Shown here one piece after another: positions 21,207-32,124 of a stretch of DNA of 64,000 nt (the stretch's first letter is position 1; each line of letters starts with the position of its first letter). Source of the DNA: Promethearchaeota archaeon (GTDB lineage Archaea; Asgardarchaeota; Lokiarchaeia; Sigyniarchaeales; SOKP01); assembly GCA_048937405.1 (NCBI GenBank), contig JBHLNF010000002.1:288001-352000 (forward strand), given 5' to 3'. Under the pieces are notes generated by a model. The model saw only the letters and a program-made list of their open reading frames with translations. It had not been told where the DNA came from and did not search any database. Position numbers and translations under genes: made by a program.

Positions 21207-21842
21207 TCATAAAAAAAATGGTAGACAGGTGGTAAAACCTAATAAAATGCCTGCTGTTATCCCTCCAATTAGCAATGAAATTGCCATTTTTGGATTAAAA
21301 GGTATTTTATTCACCATATACCATACAGCAATTACTAAATCTGTGATTGCTATAAACGATCCAAATGCCACGACATAATAGATTGTTTGTTCATGTGGGT
21401 AAATGGATGCACTTATATCCATAATTCTATTCATTGTAAAAGGATCAATAATTCCACTAAAATTAATAAAGTTAAAAATCAGCCTATCGGGTAATGGTTC
21501 TAATACAAAAATTAAAACCATTGTAAGCCAATTGAATAAAATTCCAAATGCTAGTGCAATATAAATAGAACCTAAAATAAGCCGTGGTCTTCTTAATTTA
21601 TTAACTTCCTTCATATCTTTTAAACCCTTATCTCCATATTTCATTCTCTCTTGAAGATAAGTTCCGCGTAATTTTACCAATGTTAAAATTCCAATCGATA
21701 GCATTACGAAAAATAAAATATATTTCACAAACCCAAAAAAAATTACAGCAAATTCATTAAATGCAACACACCATGCCTCTAATCCATTAAAAAGGTCGGT
21801 AAAAGGATTATTAAGATATTTATCTAAAGGAAGGTATATCAT
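21207..21842 (-). CDS. Membrane protein (about 4 TM)
   Basis: Hydrophobic segments. Lies directly downstream of the HerA-like ATPase. Confidence 0.7.
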   Translation of the reverse strand: MIYLPLDKYLNNPFTDLFNGLEAWCVAFNEFAVIFFGFVKYILFFVMLSIGILTLVKLRGTYLQERMKYGDKGLKDMKEVNKLRRPRLILGSIYIALAFGILFNWLTMVLIFVLEPLPDRLIFNFINFSGIIDPFTMNRIMDISASIYPHEQTIYYVVAFGSFIAITDLVIAVWYMVNKIPFNPKMAISLLIGGITAGILLGFTTCLPFFL

Positions 21843-21895
21843 CTATAATCTATTTTATCTCAAATATTTAAAGTCTACAAAGAAATTTCTTATAC

Positions 21896-23692
21896 CTATT
21901 TGCGTTTTTGTTGTTTTACATATAACTCATCCAGATAATTCTTAAGATTCTCATATGCCTCTTCAGGATCAACAGAAGATTCTGATATATCATCATTAAC
22001 TTCATATTCACTAGAATAATTGTCTAAATATTCGTCACCATTCAAAATCTCATTTGATTTGGCTTTATTTTTATTTATCTTGTTATTCTTCTCTCCATCT
22101 TTAATTTTTATTTTTTTTAAAAAACCAGTAAATTTTTCTATAAAATTTCTAAAATTGTGAGTTTGTTTTGTATTTTTTATTTCTACACTCTTATTTTTTA
22201 ACTGATCGAATTTTTTTAATACTCTTTCATTATTTTTATTAATTTCAGTAATCTTTAGCCATTCACGAGGAATATGAGGGACTTTTAGGAGAAATGGTCT
22301 CTCTATTGAATTCACACGAGCAATACATTGCCCCTTCTTTAAAATCGATAAATAATCTTCATGTTCTATATCCAAATTTAAAAGTTTACATAAAAATTCT
22401 TTATCCATATGAGTTTTAAAACATATTAAAACTCCACAATTTGCCAAAATCTCTTCGCTAATATCTGGGTGAGTTGCCAGTGATATCAAACATTCTCCGG
22501 TACCTCTCTGAAGTAAAGCAATATCTTCAAGATACGTGGTTAGCTTACTTTTTCGGGTAAGATCTTTTGGAGCAAAATATTGAGTATCTTCTACTATGGT
22601 TATATGCTTTATTCCTTGAAAATTATACGCTCCACGAGTAAGATTTCTGTCCCAGAGGTATTTTAAAAGCATATTCAAAAAGAAAAGAGCATCTTCCTTT
22701 TCTCCACCAAGACGGATAATTGAACTGAGATCTATCAAGATATTTCTGCTAAAAAGGGTATCAGTTTTTATTTTATGCTCAGTATCGAATAGCACTTTAA
22801 GAGGGCCTAACGAAAATCTTCGTATTCGATTGGTGATACTAATGATGGTCTGACTGAGCATAGGAATCTCCTTTTTTTTATTGATGGCATACCCATTGCA
22901 ATATTTATAAAATCCTTCCCAACTCTGAAATTGTTTCTTTTGGCACACTTTTGTTAAGATATCTACTAGAACCTTTTGCATCTGTGCGGAATATTCCTCT
23001 GTGGTATCGAGGAATTTACCACTCTTTAATATATCAAATATTCTTTCAGCATGGATTTCTGGAGGCGATGTTCCAGGATTAAAGATATTTATAGAAAAAT
23101 TCTCACCGGGACGAATAACTAACAAATCTTCAATCTTTCTCTGGAGAAAATGATATTCTCCTTTAAATTCTGCAAGCATAAATGGAATTTTATATCGTCG
23201 TATAAGATTGATTAAGAAATGTTGTAAAAAATTACTTTTACCTGTACCAGTCGCACCACAGATAAACATATGCTTCTCAAGGTCTTCGAGAGAAAGATAA
23301 AATGGTCGTTTAGTTCTCCCATTTTCTATGATGGTTCCTGCCTTAACTTTTCCCTTTCGAGACTGTAACAATGATGGTTTATCTAATTTTACAATGTCGC
23401 TTTCATAGTGAAATGAGGAACAAATAAACATTCCGGCAGAAAATAGCAGCGAAAAAAAGAATATATTGCTAAATATCCCTTTTATAGGAAACGTTGCAGA
23501 ATCAGGATTAATGGTAAGATAAGGGAGTGAACTAAGAGTGAAAATTAGAATTTCTGTTCCTAATAAACATATAAAGAACAATTTCGATAGTGTTCGTGAA
23601 CCTCCTCGCTTCCTAGTATAGTAAAAAATAACGCTATATACAATTAAAACAACAATGAGAATTATACTTATTGAATCTATGAGAGTAGACAT
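21896..23692 (-). CDS. Membrane-anchored HerA/FtsK/VirB4-like ATPase (DUF87 type)
   Basis: Three N-terminal TM helices, KHMFICGATGTGKS, EFKGEY, atypical Walker B IVEDTQ, LANCG, LKKGQC. Confidence 0.82.
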   Translation of the reverse strand: MSTLIDSISIILIVVLIVYSVIFYYTRKRGGSRTLSKLFFICLLGTEILIFTLSSLPYLTINPDSATFPIKGIFSNIFFFSLLFSAGMFICSSFHYESDIVKLDKPSLLQSRKGKVKAGTIIENGRTKRPFYLSLEDLEKHMFICGATGTGKSNFLQHFLINLIRRYKIPFMLAEFKGEYHFLQRKIEDLLVIRPGENFSINIFNPGTSPPEIHAERIFDILKSGKFLDTTEEYSAQMQKVLVDILTKVCQKKQFQSWEGFYKYCNGYAINKKKEIPMLSQTIISITNRIRRFSLGPLKVLFDTEHKIKTDTLFSRNILIDLSSIIRLGGEKEDALFFLNMLLKYLWDRNLTRGAYNFQGIKHITIVEDTQYFAPKDLTRKSKLTTYLEDIALLQRGTGECLISLATHPDISEEILANCGVLICFKTHMDKEFLCKLLNLDIEHEDYLSILKKGQCIARVNSIERPFLLKVPHIPREWLKITEINKNNERVLKKFDQLKNKSVEIKNTKQTHNFRNFIEKFTGFLKKIKIKDGEKNNKINKNKAKSNEILNGDEYLDNYSSEYEVNDDISESSVDPEEAYENLKNYLDELYVKQQKRK

Positions 23693-23933
23693 GTGACTTT
23701 TAATTGGTGTAGGATATTAAAAATAGCACGAAAAATGCTTATAATCCAATTTTCCTCAAACTAATGGGAATATAGTAAAAGATGTAGAGCCTACTTCTCA
23801 CCAATAATATTGGACTTTATATACGAAAAATGAATGCTAAGTTAAGGATTTAGTAAAATTATTAAATAAAAGATTATAGAAATTGAAGTGAATTAAGAAT
23901 TAACAATATAAAAATTTAAAAAAGAGGAAAAAA

Positions 23934-24965
23934 ATGTTTTTGGAAGAAAAATGTAATAGGGATACGTGTGGAATTGCCTGTTTAACAAAATGTTATTATA
24001 TGGACTATTCAGAGCAACAGGCAAAAGAAGAATTTGAAAAATTAATAAGAGGTGAACTGTCTCCTGTAACATCGGAATGTATTACATGCTGTGCGTGCAC
24101 AATGTATTGCCCACATGGTGCAGATCCTTTTGATCTCATCAGCAGGAGAATGGAAGAAACAGGAACATTTATTGGGGATGAACGTGCAGTCAATCAAACG
24201 AAAATGGCTAATTTAATGCCATCATCTGTAAAAAAAGGGGATCCTGATAAGCCTATAATGAATCTTTGCACAGTTAATTTGATTGCAGGGTCAATTGAGG
24301 GACAATTATTTGAAGGATTAACCCTTCTTCAAGGAGGAGATTATTTCTGTCAAATTGGAGGATATCATGCCGGATTACCAAGTATGGTGAGAGAAAATGC
24401 CCAGAAATTCATTACTACCCTTACAAAAGTCGCTTCTGATGATAATTATGTAATTTGCTTCCATGACGATTGCTTTATGATGCTGGAACATTATGCAAAA
24501 GATTTTGGGATAGAAGTTCCGTTTAGATATATGCATATCATTGAATATCTTCGAGATTATGTGAAAAAGAATCCCGATAAAATTAAGAAACTCAACATGA
24601 AAGTGGCATACCAGCAACCATGCGCGTCTCGTATAGGATGGGATGCTTTCAGGAAAAAAGACAAAACACTTGATGAGTTATTCGATTTATTGGGTGTTGA
24701 AAGAGTAGCTCGAAAATATGATCGCGACGCAGCACTCTGTTGTACAGCAGTTATTTCTCCTAATGATAAATATTGGAAAATGAACATAGCCGATGCTAAA
24801 GAAGCAGGGGCAGAAGCGATGGTATTTCTCTGCCCCGTCTGTTGCTTATACCTAAGGAGCAAAGCTAAAGCAGAGGGGTTGGAACCTTATTTTCTAAGCA
24901 ATCTCGTAAGGGAAGCATTGGGTGAGAGGCTCCCCCAAGGGAAAGCCGGTAAAATTTATGAATAA
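23934..24965 (+). CDS. Fe-S oxidoreductase (HdrD/GlpC-like, cysteine-rich domain)
   Basis: CITCCACTMYCP, YQQPCASR, ALCC, FLCPVC. Confidence 0.8.
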   Translation: MFLEEKCNRDTCGIACLTKCYYMDYSEQQAKEEFEKLIRGELSPVTSECITCCACTMYCPHGADPFDLISRRMEETGTFIGDERAVNQTKMANLMPSSVKKGDPDKPIMNLCTVNLIAGSIEGQLFEGLTLLQGGDYFCQIGGYHAGLPSMVRENAQKFITTLTKVASDDNYVICFHDDCFMMLEHYAKDFGIEVPFRYMHIIEYLRDYVKKNPDKIKKLNMKVAYQQPCASRIGWDAFRKKDKTLDELFDLLGVERVARKYDRDAALCCTAVISPNDKYWKMNIADAKEAGAEAMVFLCPVCCLYLRSKAKAEGLEPYFLSNLVREALGERLPQGKAGKIYE

Positions 24966-25280
24966 AATAAAGCAAAAATACTATATTTTTTTTTAGTTGT
25001 CAAATCCAATTTATCTGTTTAGTACTAAAAATGTAGGACTTTAAATACGAAAAATACAAGCTATAAGTACTGTATGATCACTATTTTTAGAAAAGAGAAC
25101 AAGAACCATAACACTTTCCCTCATTTACTTCTCTTTTCTTTTCTTCTCAAAAAATCTCTGAAAAATATAGATTTTAAGGCTTTTGACATAGAATAAATGG
25201 TCTATTGATTGTTTTATTCTCTCAATATAAATCTATTTTTACAAAAATTGACCAAAAAAAGAAAAAGAAGAAAGGGGAAA

Positions 25281-26417
25281 TTATAAAGCATTATAAAGAG
25301 CGTCAATAATTCTCTCACTTCGGGGATCTCCTGCGATGGTATTTGTCATTTTATTCATAACATAGGCAATACTTAACCTAGCATCAAGATCCATTCTGCA
25401 TACTGAACCTCCAGCTCCACCCCAATATAACACATTTTTATTTGGACCTTTAGGGCGTTCTTTTTGTTGCAACCCAAAACCCAAGCCGAAACGTACTGGT
25501 AATTGAACGACCAAATCTGTTCCATACGATTGTTCCTCTAGAGCCTTTTTAATAGTCTTTAATGAAAGTATCTGCACACCATCAAGTTCACCTCCACAGG
25601 CTATTGCTGCAGCTATTCTGGCAACAGAGCGAGCATTTCCATGACCATTTGCAGCTGGAATTTCGGCTCCACGCCAAGCGCGAGTCTTAACTTCTCCAGG
25701 AGGTATTGGAGAACTCATAACTGTTTTTATAACAACAGAATTTGGATCTAATTGTCCTAATTGGCTTAGATCTCTAGTGGGAGGAGGTATAAGTTCTCCG
25801 ACACGGGAATCATACTCTTCCGAAAGTCCGATGTGAAAGTCTGCATTGAGAGGTACAGCAACTTCTTCTCTAAAAAATGTTCCAAGGGTTTTTCCTGTTA
25901 TACGACGTACTATCTCACCTAATAAGTATCCAAAAGTTACCATATGATAACCGCTTTTGGTTCCAGGTTCCCACCATGGCTTTTGGGCAGCTAACAAGTT
26001 AACCGTTTTTTCCCAGTCATAAAGAGTCTTGATTCCAACGGGCTTATCGAAACCAGAAAGTCCCGATGTATGACTTAGTAGATACCGAACTGGTAATGTA
26101 TCTTTTCCTGCTTGGGCAAACTCAGGCCAATACTTAGCAACAGGAGCATCAAGATCTAGTTGACCTCGATCAACAAGCATGAGGGTGCATATTGCGGTCA
26201 TTATTTTTGTTGTTGAATAGACATTCACAATTGTATCCTTTTCCCATGGTTTTGTTTGGGCAACGTCAGAATGTCCCGCCCACATATCTATTATGAATTT
26301 GCCATTTAACGTTGCTGCAAATGAAGCTCCAACCTCTAAATCCTCTTCGAAATTTTGAGCAAAAGCGTCTTTCACCGCGTTAAATTGGTCATCACAAAAT
26401 CCATGAATTTCAACCAT
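25281..26417 (-). CDS. Serine hydrolase, beta-lactamase class C / family VIII esterase-like
   Basis: SxxK (YSTTK), LLSHTSGL, GYH, WGGAGGS. Confidence 0.92.
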   Translation of the reverse strand: MVEIHGFCDDQFNAVKDAFAQNFEEDLEVGASFAATLNGKFIIDMWAGHSDVAQTKPWEKDTIVNVYSTTKIMTAICTLMLVDRGQLDLDAPVAKYWPEFAQAGKDTLPVRYLLSHTSGLSGFDKPVGIKTLYDWEKTVNLLAAQKPWWEPGTKSGYHMVTFGYLLGEIVRRITGKTLGTFFREEVAVPLNADFHIGLSEEYDSRVGELIPPPTRDLSQLGQLDPNSVVIKTVMSSPIPPGEVKTRAWRGAEIPAANGHGNARSVARIAAAIACGGELDGVQILSLKTIKKALEEQSYGTDLVVQLPVRFGLGFGLQQKERPKGPNKNVLYWGGAGGSVCRMDLDARLSIAYVMNKMTNTIAGDPRSERIIDALYNAL

Positions 26418-26559
26418 AATTTTTCACATTCAATTATTTAATTTAATTTGTAGGGGAGAATTTATTTTAAGTTTTCATTTTCTCCAAAATTTGGTGAAAA
26501 AATATCTAGTTTATTAATCCGAGGTTGATTAATATACATAAAACATTAATGTTAGAATT

Positions 26560-28101
26560 ATGAAAACTATAGTAAATACTTCTTTAGGAGAAATTGAAGG
26601 TATTCAAGAATCAGGCCATCAATCGTTTTTGGGGATTCGTTATGCTAAACCACCCGTGAATGAATTACGTTTTTCTACTCCTCTCCCAATTGAAGCATGG
26701 GACGGAACTTATGATGCGACTCATTTTGGTCATAATGCTCCTCAATTTGATAGGGGTATAGGATATTTTAAAGATAATTCTGAAGATTGTTTATTTTTGA
26801 ATGTGTATACTCCTAAGGCTGATGACGCAAAAAGGCCTGTAATGGTATGGATCCATGGTGGGGGTTTTGTATTTGGAACAGGGGCAACCGTAGGGTATGG
26901 AAAAAAAATAGTTCCAAGAGGTAATATTGTTTTGGTCACAATCAATTATCGATTAGGAGTTTTTGGCTTTTTTAATTGGCCTGATTTAACAAAAAATAAC
27001 GGATTGCTAGATCAAATTTGTGCTCTTGAATGGGTTAGAGATAATATTCGATATTTCGGAGGGGATAATACTAATGTAACGATTTTTGGGCAATCTTCTG
27101 GTGGAAGGGCAGTAACTACATTACTAACAATGCCTTCAGCAAAGGGATTATTCCACAAAGCAATCCCCCAAAGTGGTACCGCACATCCTTATGCGTATGA
27201 TACTAAGCCGAGTAAGGAAGCTTCAAGAGTCGTGTTTGATGTATTAGGAATTAAAACGGGGGATATCGATTCATTAAGAGAAGTAGAATGGTCCGAATTG
27301 AAAAAGGCTCAGGCTGAAATTTTTAGTAAACTAGATCCGAAAGAACATCGAATTATGTTTCCTTTTAGACCCGTACTTGATAAAGATACTATTCCAGTTG
27401 TACCCTTGGATGCCATTCGGAATGGATATGCAAAAAATATTCCGTTACTTATCGGAAACACATTGGACGAAAGGAAAATTTATAATAGAGGATTAATCCG
27501 GGCAAACCAAGTTGCATTAATACATAGACGACATGAAAACACAGATGATGCGAGGCTTTTAAAATTTGCTAATAGATATATGAAATACTACGGTAAAACA
27601 GAAGATGATGCAAAAGACTTAATTGAAACGTACAAAAAATCTAGAAAGGGTAAGTTACCAATAGAGTCCTATGAACTTGAATATGTTATCAATACTGATG
27701 AGGCATATCGAATACCAGTCATCCGAATTGCTGAAGCACAAAGCCAAAATCAACAAAATACTTATTGCTACCTATTTGGGTTCAAATCACCCGTCTATGA
27801 GGATTTGCTAGGTGCATGTCATATAATTGATTTACCATTTATTTTCGGCACTTATGATAATTCAGATCCGAATACAGAAGTAATGGTTGGAACCAATATA
27901 GAGGTACTTGAACCTTTTTCAAACATAATCATGGATACATGGATAGCATTTGCTAAAAATGGAGACCCGAATCACCGAGGGCTTCCCAAGTGGCCACAAT
28001 ACGATCTGAATAACCGTGCTACAATGATCCTCAAACCAAATCCAGAGGTTGTCAATGCCCCAATGGACGAGGTACGCGCTGCATGGGAAAAAGTTTTCTA
28101 A
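26560..28101 (+). CDS. Type-B carboxylesterase (p-nitrobenzyl esterase-like)
   Basis: SEDCLFLNVYTP, WIHGGGF, FGQSSGG, GACH. Confidence 0.94.
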   Translation: MKTIVNTSLGEIEGIQESGHQSFLGIRYAKPPVNELRFSTPLPIEAWDGTYDATHFGHNAPQFDRGIGYFKDNSEDCLFLNVYTPKADDAKRPVMVWIHGGGFVFGTGATVGYGKKIVPRGNIVLVTINYRLGVFGFFNWPDLTKNNGLLDQICALEWVRDNIRYFGGDNTNVTIFGQSSGGRAVTTLLTMPSAKGLFHKAIPQSGTAHPYAYDTKPSKEASRVVFDVLGIKTGDIDSLREVEWSELKKAQAEIFSKLDPKEHRIMFPFRPVLDKDTIPVVPLDAIRNGYAKNIPLLIGNTLDERKIYNRGLIRANQVALIHRRHENTDDARLLKFANRYMKYYGKTEDDAKDLIETYKKSRKGKLPIESYELEYVINTDEAYRIPVIRIAEAQSQNQQNTYCYLFGFKSPVYEDLLGACHIIDLPFIFGTYDNSDPNTEVMVGTNIEVLEPFSNIIMDTWIAFAKNGDPNHRGLPKWPQYDLNNRATMILKPNPEVVNAPMDEVRAAWEKVF

Positions 28102-28143
28102 ATTAAATTTTTTTTTATAACACTTTTACTTGAGATTAAAATT

Positions 28144-29604
28144 ATGGGGGAAAAAAAGATAAAAAAAAACCGATTGGAGGAATTAATTGGAACAGTAAGT
28201 AAAGATCCTCACTTACTTTCTTCCCAGTTGGATTATCCATCTATTACTGAACCATTAGCTAAGTACATTTCAGAAACCCAATTTAGTACAATCCCAGACG
28301 ATATACTCGAACTTGCTAAACGCCATATCCTAGATACTTTGGCTTCAGTGGTGGTAAGTTCACAGTTAAAACCTTCTCGTCTAGCACGTCAATTTGCAAT
28401 CTTTAATGGTGGAAAAGCTGATACCGCACATTTACTTACTACAAATCAAACCACCACCTTATTGGATGCTATTTTTGCAAACGCAATAACGGCTCATGCA
28501 ACAGAAATAAATGATTTTTGCCCATCCGCATTCGTGCAACCTGGTCCTCCAATTATATCCACTGCATTATCTATTGGGGAAACTATAGGAGCATCTGGAG
28601 AAGAAATACTCAAAGCAGTTGTTATTGGTTATGAAATTGCGTGTAAACTACCAAAAGCCTTGGGAACGATGAACCTACGTACAGCGGGATTATCATCTCA
28701 TGGTGTCGGACCTACCTTTGGTTCAGCCGCAACAGCAGCATCACTTTTAAAATTACCAAAAAGGGAAATTAGATATGTTTTAGCTTATTGTGTTCAACAA
28801 GCATCAGGTTCTTTTAATTGGATTCGTGATGAAGAACATATCGAAAAAGCTTTTCTATTTGCTGGAATGCCTGCAAGAAATGGAGCTTCTGCCGCTTTAA
28901 TGGTTCATAAGGGATTTACAGGTGTAAATGATCCTTTTAAAGGAAGACCCAACTGGTTGCTCAGTTCTATTTTCATTGGAATTGATTCTGATCTTGATTT
29001 AAATAGATTAATTCATGATTTAGGAGTAGAATACGAGATGCCCTTGGTAGGGTATAAACGATATCCTGTAGGTGGTCCAGTCCAAGCCAGTGTTGAGGGA
29101 TTAATGGAGTTAATAAAAAAGGTAGACCGAACATCAATTATTAAAATTGAAATAAAGATGCCAGGAAATGTAAGCATTTTTTCTGATGCGGAAATGCCCG
29201 CATTAAATTTACGATATTTGGCAGCAGTTATTTTAGAGGATGGTGATCTATCCTTTCACATGGCACAATCTCACGAACGTATGTCCACAGAATCAATTAG
29301 AAAAAAAATGGAGTATGTTACCTTAATCCACGATCCCACTCAAGAAAAAGAACCTCGAGTAGAATCAGCACTAGTAAAAGTGACCCAAAAAAATGGTGAA
29401 AATCATGAGATTTTCATCGAACATGTCCTTGGATTCCCTGAACGCCCTATGAATCATCAAGATGTTGAAGATAAAGTGAAAAGCTTAATTACTCCGATAT
29501 TGGAATACTCAAAAGCAAATGACTTAATTGAGACAATATGGAATCTGGAATCCTTACCAAACATCCAGACCATTATTCCGTTATTAATTCCACCAAATAC
29601 TTAA
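28144..29604 (+). CDS. MmgE/PrpD family protein
   Basis: AKRHILDT, AHATEINDF, KRYP, LGFPERP. Confidence 0.88.
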   Translation: MGEKKIKKNRLEELIGTVSKDPHLLSSQLDYPSITEPLAKYISETQFSTIPDDILELAKRHILDTLASVVVSSQLKPSRLARQFAIFNGGKADTAHLLTTNQTTTLLDAIFANAITAHATEINDFCPSAFVQPGPPIISTALSIGETIGASGEEILKAVVIGYEIACKLPKALGTMNLRTAGLSSHGVGPTFGSAATAASLLKLPKREIRYVLAYCVQQASGSFNWIRDEEHIEKAFLFAGMPARNGASAALMVHKGFTGVNDPFKGRPNWLLSSIFIGIDSDLDLNRLIHDLGVEYEMPLVGYKRYPVGGPVQASVEGLMELIKKVDRTSIIKIEIKMPGNVSIFSDAEMPALNLRYLAAVILEDGDLSFHMAQSHERMSTESIRKKMEYVTLIHDPTQEKEPRVESALVKVTQKNGENHEIFIEHVLGFPERPMNHQDVEDKVKSLITPILEYSKANDLIETIWNLESLPNIQTIIPLLIPPNT

Positions 29605-29640
29605 TCATTCTGATTTTTTGCTAGTATTTTTAAAATTTTA

Positions 29641-29706
29641 CCCAAAAACTCAATTGGAAAAAAATGGTAAATTTAATGTCTAATTTCAATGAAAATTCTT
29701 TTAAAA
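29641..29706 (-). repeat. Dispersed cassette-boundary repeat, copy 1 (degenerate)
   Basis: Reverse complement reads TTTTAAAAGAATTTTCATTGAAATTAGACATTAAATTTACCATTTTTTTCCAATT. Confidence 0.7.
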
Positions 29707-29822
29707 AATTTTAGGAACATTTTAGGAATATATGGATTTACTAATTAAGATGATTATTGTAAATGATAAACTAAAAACAAAATAAAAAGAAGATATAATA
29801 AAATTGGTTGATATTTAATGAG

Positions 29823-31856
29823 TTATTTATCAAGGTTATATGCAACTTCAAATCCTTCATGTACAGCCTCCAGCATTGTCCTCGGTTCTTTACTATCCCC
29901 TATATTAAACAGTTTGAATGAGGGATTCGTGGATTTTATTTTTTCATAAAGGTCGGTATTACTTTTCACGCCGGTTGCGAGGATAAATGTATCAACATTA
30001 TCAATTGTATGGATTTCTTGACCCTGATCGGGAATATTAATCCTGTATTCAATTGAATTTCCCTCGAATTTTATAATTTCTACGTTCAAAATCTCTTTTA
30101 TCTGTAATTTTTTTGAAATACCGATTAAATATCCTCTTGTTGTTCGTCCCACATTCATAGCCAGTTTCGGCAAAACATCTATTATGGTAACATTTCGATT
30201 TCCTTTTAGCCATCGTTTGATAATTTCCTCTTGGGGTATTAATTCATAAAAACTAAGGAAATGTGCAATATCGGAATTAATCGCTCCCAATTCAGCAGCC
30301 CAAATTGCTGTCTCTAAACCGGTTGCTCCCCCGCCAACAACAACGACATTTTTACCAACAACATGATTCCCAGCTAAGGCTTCCTCTGCAGAACACATAT
30401 CACTCCCATTTGATCCGTCAATACCAGGAATATCAGGGATGGAAATCTTTACACCAGTTGCAAATATCACTGCATCTGGATTAAAATCGTTGATAAATTC
30501 TGGTGTTGCTTCGGTAGCCAATCGTAATTTTATATGACGATGATGGATTTGTGCTTCATAATAGCGTATCATTTCTGAGATGTTTCTTCTGCTATGGGGA
30601 ACAGCAGCAGTTTTCATCTGTCCTCCAATAGAATCACTTTTTTCTACTATGGTAACGTCATGACCCAGTATAGCAGCAATACGTGCCGCTTCAAGTCCAC
30701 CCGGACCGCTCCCAACGATTAACACTTTTTGAGGATTGTCAGTTTTCTTACTTAGGTCAATATCTCCCTCTTTTGCGGTAATATAATTTCTCATACACAC
30801 GACAGACTTACCACTGAAGATAGTGTCAAAGCATCCTTGATTACATGCCACACATTTCATAATATCCCAAAGTCGGTTTTCTCTTGCTTTATTGGGTAAT
30901 TCAGGATCAGCGATTAACGCTCTTCCCATACTAATAGCATCTACTCTTTCATCTCTTAATATTTGCTCGGCAATTAAGGGATCATTTATCCGATTCGCCA
31001 TAAAAACAGGGACATTCACCTCCTTTTTAATGTTCTCACCGAGATATACATAGGCCGCTTGTGGCACCATCATAGGGATTTGAGGAATCCGTGTCTCGTG
31101 CCACCCTCCCGTTACATTCAAAAATTCTATTCCTGCTTCTTCATAGTGTTTTGAAAATATAGGGCTTTGCGTCCAATCATTGGATCCTGGAACGAAATCA
31201 TCACCAGCAACTCGCATTCCAACTCTCATTTTACCACCAACTCTCTTTTTCATCAGTTTTATTAGCTCGAGTGGATATCTTAATCGATTTTCTAAAGATC
31301 CACCATACTCATCGGTTCTTTTGTTGATCTTTGGGCTTAAAAATTGAGTAATTAAATACCCTGCACTTCCAAGTAATTCCACTCCATCAAAACCAGCTTC
31401 CAATAAACGTTCTGCAGCTAATGCATGATCTTCCTGTATTTGTTTTATTTCATCGATTGTTAATTCCTTAGGTATCAGGCCTGTAAGGTTTGATCTCACT
31501 GCAGAAGCAGATACCGCATTTTTACCAGAAAAATATGCTCCTGAATGCATTAATTGTGCCATAACTTTAACACCATGTTTATGCATTTTTTCGGCAAAAG
31601 CGGCATATCCAGGAATTAGTTTATCATCTCCGATATATGGTGTACCTCCACTATTAGGACTAATTCCTATTCCACCAATTATAATTAATCCTGCTCCACC
31701 TTTTGCTCGTTTTTCGTAAAAATTGCTAAAAATATCAGTTACTTCTCCTTTAGGTGTATACCCCAAACCCAGAGCGGGCATAACAATTCGATTTTTTATT
31801 TCTAAATCCTGAATTTTAAAAGGTTCAAATAATTTAATGAGTTTCATTTTTTTCAC
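29823..31856 (-). CDS. NADH:flavin oxidoreductase / 2,4-dienoyl-CoA reductase (FadH-like)
   Basis: OYE barrel (GYLITQFLSPKINKRTDEYGGSLENR), GWHETRIP, CVACNQGC, GSGPGG. Confidence 0.9.
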   Translation of the reverse strand: MKKMKLIKLFEPFKIQDLEIKNRIVMPALGLGYTPKGEVTDIFSNFYEKRAKGGAGLIIIGGIGISPNSGGTPYIGDDKLIPGYAAFAEKMHKHGVKVMAQLMHSGAYFSGKNAVSASAVRSNLTGLIPKELTIDEIKQIQEDHALAAERLLEAGFDGVELLGSAGYLITQFLSPKINKRTDEYGGSLENRLRYPLELIKLMKKRVGGKMRVGMRVAGDDFVPGSNDWTQSPIFSKHYEEAGIEFLNVTGGWHETRIPQIPMMVPQAAYVYLGENIKKEVNVPVFMANRINDPLIAEQILRDERVDAISMGRALIADPELPNKARENRLWDIMKCVACNQGCFDTIFSGKSVVCMRNYITAKEGDIDLSKKTDNPQKVLIVGSGPGGLEAARIAAILGHDVTIVEKSDSIGGQMKTAAVPHSRRNISEMIRYYEAQIHHRHIKLRLATEATPEFINDFNPDAVIFATGVKISIPDIPGIDGSNGSDMCSAEEALAGNHVVGKNVVVVGGGATGLETAIWAAELGAINSDIAHFLSFYELIPQEEIIKRWLKGNRNVTIIDVLPKLAMNVGRTTRGYLIGISKKLQIKEILNVEIIKFEGNSIEYRINIPDQGQEIHTIDNVDTFILATGVKSNTDLYEKIKSTNPSFKLFNIGDSKEPRTMLEAVHEGFEVAYNLDK

Positions 31857-32124
31857 ATTTACTTTTATATTTATTAGATATTATTAGTTTTGAACTATTA
31901 ATGAATTTTAACTCTTTTCTTTTGATAAAATTGATATAATGGATTTTAAATTAGGATCAATTCATAGAAACCTTTGTATTTAAACATAGTATCATTTATT
32001 TTACTATTTTATCTTAGATGCGATATCTAATATATTTGAGATATTTACCCAGTTTAGTCAAGCTTTACTTGCCCTTCATTCATTAAAATCAATTTATTGA
32101 CAAATCAAAGAATCTTTTCAGATA

